Below, in pieces: positions 61,600 through 64,000 of a stretch of DNA of 64,000 bases (the first letter of the stretch is position 1; the number at the start of each line of letters is the position of its first letter). Where the stretch lies: NCBI GenBank assembly GCA_963762565.1, contig CAVXLD010000003.1, positions 385,538-449,537 on the forward strand, read 5' to 3'. This DNA is from an uncultured Verrucomicrobiae bacterium (lineage in GTDB: Bacteria > Verrucomicrobiota > Verrucomicrobiia > Chthoniobacterales > JAFAMB01). The notes under the pieces are model-generated. The model was not told the DNA's origin. It saw nothing but the letters and a program-made list of their open reading frames with translations, and did no database searches. The translations under genes were made by a program, and so were the position numbers.

Positions 61600-63765
61600 A
61601 TGGGTGTTTCTAAAGGTGTGGCTCAGCCGCTTGATCAGCGTGTATTGAGCTTTCTGGGCAGCAATAAATATCAGCCGCTGAACAAGACCGATTTGGCGAA
61701 GAAGCTTGGTGTTTCGGTCGATGAGCGAGCGCGTTTCAGAAAACTGCTTGCGGAGCTCGAATCGGCAGGAAAAATCACGCGAATCCGGAAGGATCGCTAC
61801 GTTTTACCGCGGGCGGCTGATCTGATCGTAGGGACGATTCTGATCAACCCGCAAGGGTTCGGTTACGTGCTGAATGAGACGGGCGATGGGCAGGGGGACG
61901 TCTATATTCCGGCGAGCCAGACCAGTACGGCGCTCCATCGTGACCGGGTGGTGGCACGGATTAACGATGAAGAAGTCACCCTGATTCGTGAGCGGCGAAA
62001 GCGGGCCGGCAAAGTCATCAAAATTTTGGAGCGCGTTAATACTCGCGTCGTGGGGACTCTTCAGCAGACCCAGAAGTTCTTTTATGTGGTTCCGGATGAC
62101 CCGTATCTGGTTCACGACATTTATGTGCCGCTGACTCCAGATGCAACCGGACGAAAGCCGGCGATTAATGACAAGGTAGTGGTGCGCCTGAGCGCTTGGG
62201 AAAACCGGCATGTCAGCCCGGAGGGCGAGATCATCGAAGTTCTGGGGTCGTCGAAAGACCCGAGAGTCGAGGTGCTCGGTATCATCAAGAAGCACGGATT
62301 ACCTACGGATTTCCCTAAGGCAGTGCTCAATGAAGCAGGCGAGATTCCGGCCGAAATTTCTCAGGCTGAGCTCGATAAACGGCTTGATGTCCGCCATCTG
62401 CCGGTGTTCACGATCGACCCGGATGACGCCCGGGATTTCGACGATGCGATTCACGTTGTTCCCACCGACGACGGATGGGAAGTCGGTGTTCACATCGCCG
62501 ACGTATCGCATTATGTCAGGCCGCACTCCGCGTTGGACCAGGAAGCCTATCAGCGTGGCAATAGCGTCTATTTACCTGATCGGGTGATTCCGATGTTGCC
62601 GGAGCGATTATCCAACGGTGTTTGTAGCTTGCGCCCGGACGAAGATCATCTCACGAAGAGTGTACTGGTCTACTTTGACCGGACGGGGAAACCGAAAGGA
62701 CACAAATTTGCTGCAACCGTCATTCGGAGCGGAAGCCGGTTAACATACGGAGAAGCGTATGAACGCTTAAACGGCCACCACAAAGATGAGTTAACCCGGA
62801 ACTTGAAACAGGCTTGGGAGCTGGCGTCGAAGTTGCGTCAAAAACGGTTTCAGAACGGCGCTCTCGACCTGGATATGCCGGAGGTCAGAGTGAAGGTTGA
62901 TGCGAACGGGCGCGGGGTCGGCGTGATCCAGGAGGTCAACGACATCTCTCACCAGTTGATCGAAGAATTCATGCTCCTGGCCAATGAGATCGTCGGGCGT
63001 GAGACCAAGATTCATAAGACTGTTAGCGTCTATCGAGTGCATGATGATCCGGATCCGGACAAATTGATGGAGTTTCGCGAATTTCTCCTATCGCACGGGA
63101 TCCAGGCCGGAGATCTGAGCCAGCGAACCGAGATGCAAAAGCTGTTGAAGAAGATTGAGGGGCGAGAAAATGAGGCAGCTTTGAAAGTGAATTTACTTCG
63201 GAGCCTTAAAAAAGCTGGTTATTCGCCATTACCACTAGGACACTACGGATTAGCTAAATCCGATTACAGCCATTTCACGAGCCCGATTCGGCGGTATGCA
63301 GACCTGCTGACTCACCGGGCATTTAACGTTTTACTTGGACGCCGAAACGGGAGTTGGATCGTAGAAAATGCTGGGAAACAGTTAGTGCGTTCGAATCAGT
63401 TAGAGTCAGTGTGCGAACATCTGGCTTTGACTGAGCGGTTGGCAGCGGAAGCGGAACGGGAAGCGACGCGCTTAAAAAAACTAGAATTTCTAGAATCACT
63501 AGTTAGGAAACCGCATCGATTTGCTGGTATCGTATCTGAAGTTCGTAACTATGGACTGTTAGTAGAAGTGCCGGAGATCTTGATGACCGGGCTCGTTCAC
63601 GTCAGCTCACTAGAAGACGATTTTTTCAGGTTTGATGCTGTTCGGCGGCGATTAGTGGGCCGAAATCGGCAGCGCATCTACCAAGCTGGAGATCATATTT
63701 GGGTAAGAGTTTCGCGAGTAGACCGATTTAAACAACAGATCGACTTCACGGTAGTGAGCGACTGA
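61600..63765 (+). CDS. rnr: Ribonuclease R (RNase II/VacB family 3'-5' exoribonuclease)
   Basis: 721 aa. N-terminal HTH/cold-shock-like region, RNB domain (FTIDPDDARDFDDAIH, GNSVYLPDRVIPMLPE, SPIRRYADLLTHR), C-terminal S1 (GIVSEVRNYGLLVEV). Confidence 0.92.
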   Translation: MGVSKGVAQPLDQRVLSFLGSNKYQPLNKTDLAKKLGVSVDERARFRKLLAELESAGKITRIRKDRYVLPRAADLIVGTILINPQGFGYVLNETGDGQGDVYIPASQTSTALHRDRVVARINDEEVTLIRERRKRAGKVIKILERVNTRVVGTLQQTQKFFYVVPDDPYLVHDIYVPLTPDATGRKPAINDKVVVRLSAWENRHVSPEGEIIEVLGSSKDPRVEVLGIIKKHGLPTDFPKAVLNEAGEIPAEISQAELDKRLDVRHLPVFTIDPDDARDFDDAIHVVPTDDGWEVGVHIADVSHYVRPHSALDQEAYQRGNSVYLPDRVIPMLPERLSNGVCSLRPDEDHLTKSVLVYFDRTGKPKGHKFAATVIRSGSRLTYGEAYERLNGHHKDELTRNLKQAWELASKLRQKRFQNGALDLDMPEVRVKVDANGRGVGVIQEVNDISHQLIEEFMLLANEIVGRETKIHKTVSVYRVHDDPDPDKLMEFREFLLSHGIQAGDLSQRTEMQKLLKKIEGRENEAALKVNLLRSLKKAGYSPLPLGHYGLAKSDYSHFTSPIRRYADLLTHRAFNVLLGRRNGSWIVENAGKQLVRSNQLESVCEHLALTERLAAEAEREATRLKKLEFLESLVRKPHRFAGIVSEVRNYGLLVEVPEILMTGLVHVSSLEDDFFRFDAVRRRLVGRNRQRIYQAGDHIWVRVSRVDRFKQQIDFTVVSD

Positions 63766-63909
63766 GGCGTAAAGTCGAATTCGTTACATATTTGCTATTT
63801 ACGTAGCTCAGATTTTGTGGCACTTAAGAAGATTCTCTAAAACAAGCTTTGGTTTCAGTCCAAGGCGCCAAATGGTGTAATGGTATCGGTATCCCTCCAA
63901 AAAAATGTC

Positions 63910-64000
63910 ATGGACAATGTCATCGTAACCAGAGAGTTGCAGGTTGAGCGTAAGCATTTCTATATAGAGTTCCGAGAGAACGAACGCGGCCGGTTTATGC
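63910..64000 (+). CDS. PUR-alpha-like (DUF3276) nucleic-acid-binding protein, 5' partial at window edge
   Basis: MDNVIVTRELQVERKHFYIEFRENERGRFM... matches the bacterial Pur-alpha-like opening (K.FYFDLKEN.RGRFLRI). Truncated by the window end. Confidence 0.45.
   Translation, partial: MDNVIVTRELQVERKHFYIEFRENERGRFM

Overview
64-kb chromosomal window, moderately GC-rich, with no rRNA, CRISPR array, transposase or integrase that I can recognise. The gene content and the very dense GC-rich palindromic intergenic repeats suggest a soil Verrucomicrobiota- or Planctomycetota-like bacterium; this is inference only. Backbone genes: an RND permease plus adaptor pair (44-4507); an MFS-HAD fusion; an LctP-family lactate/glycolate permease; an mdtABC-like double-RND operon with a NodT outer-membrane lipoprotein (9221-18636); glcDEF glycolate oxidase (19218-23306); an EamA transporter; a decayed Lrp/AsnC regulator; a TMTC-like membrane/TPR protein; NAD-malic enzyme; an SDR; a PAS histidine kinase, two CheY-like receivers and a cNMP-binding protein in one operon; cupin; VOC; ROK regulator plus 2-hydroxyacid dehydrogenase; DHA2 MFS plus LysR; DUF1330; HIT; a flavin-halogenase-like enzyme with a nearby FMN-reductase-like gene; a DapA-family aldolase plus MFS; tRNA-Gly(CCC); RNase R. 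An accessory-looking patch at about 27.8-35.4 kb holds a 4 x 192-bp tandem array, an orphan GT-A/RGP-like 495-aa protein, a VapBC pair, a TIR-TM-TPR gene broken by an out-of-frame deletion, a nucleotidyltransferase-fold cassette split at a C6 run, several gene fragments, and a 43-bp x 6.5 tandem array just upstream of the malic enzyme gene. At least six dispersed repeat families (named R1-R6 here) fill most intergenic spacers longer than 100 bp, and many of these spacers lie between convergent genes. One repeat core sits in frame inside a coding sequence, and one repeat arm supplies the 3' end of another gene. All homology calls come from reading motifs by eye. No searches or computations were run.
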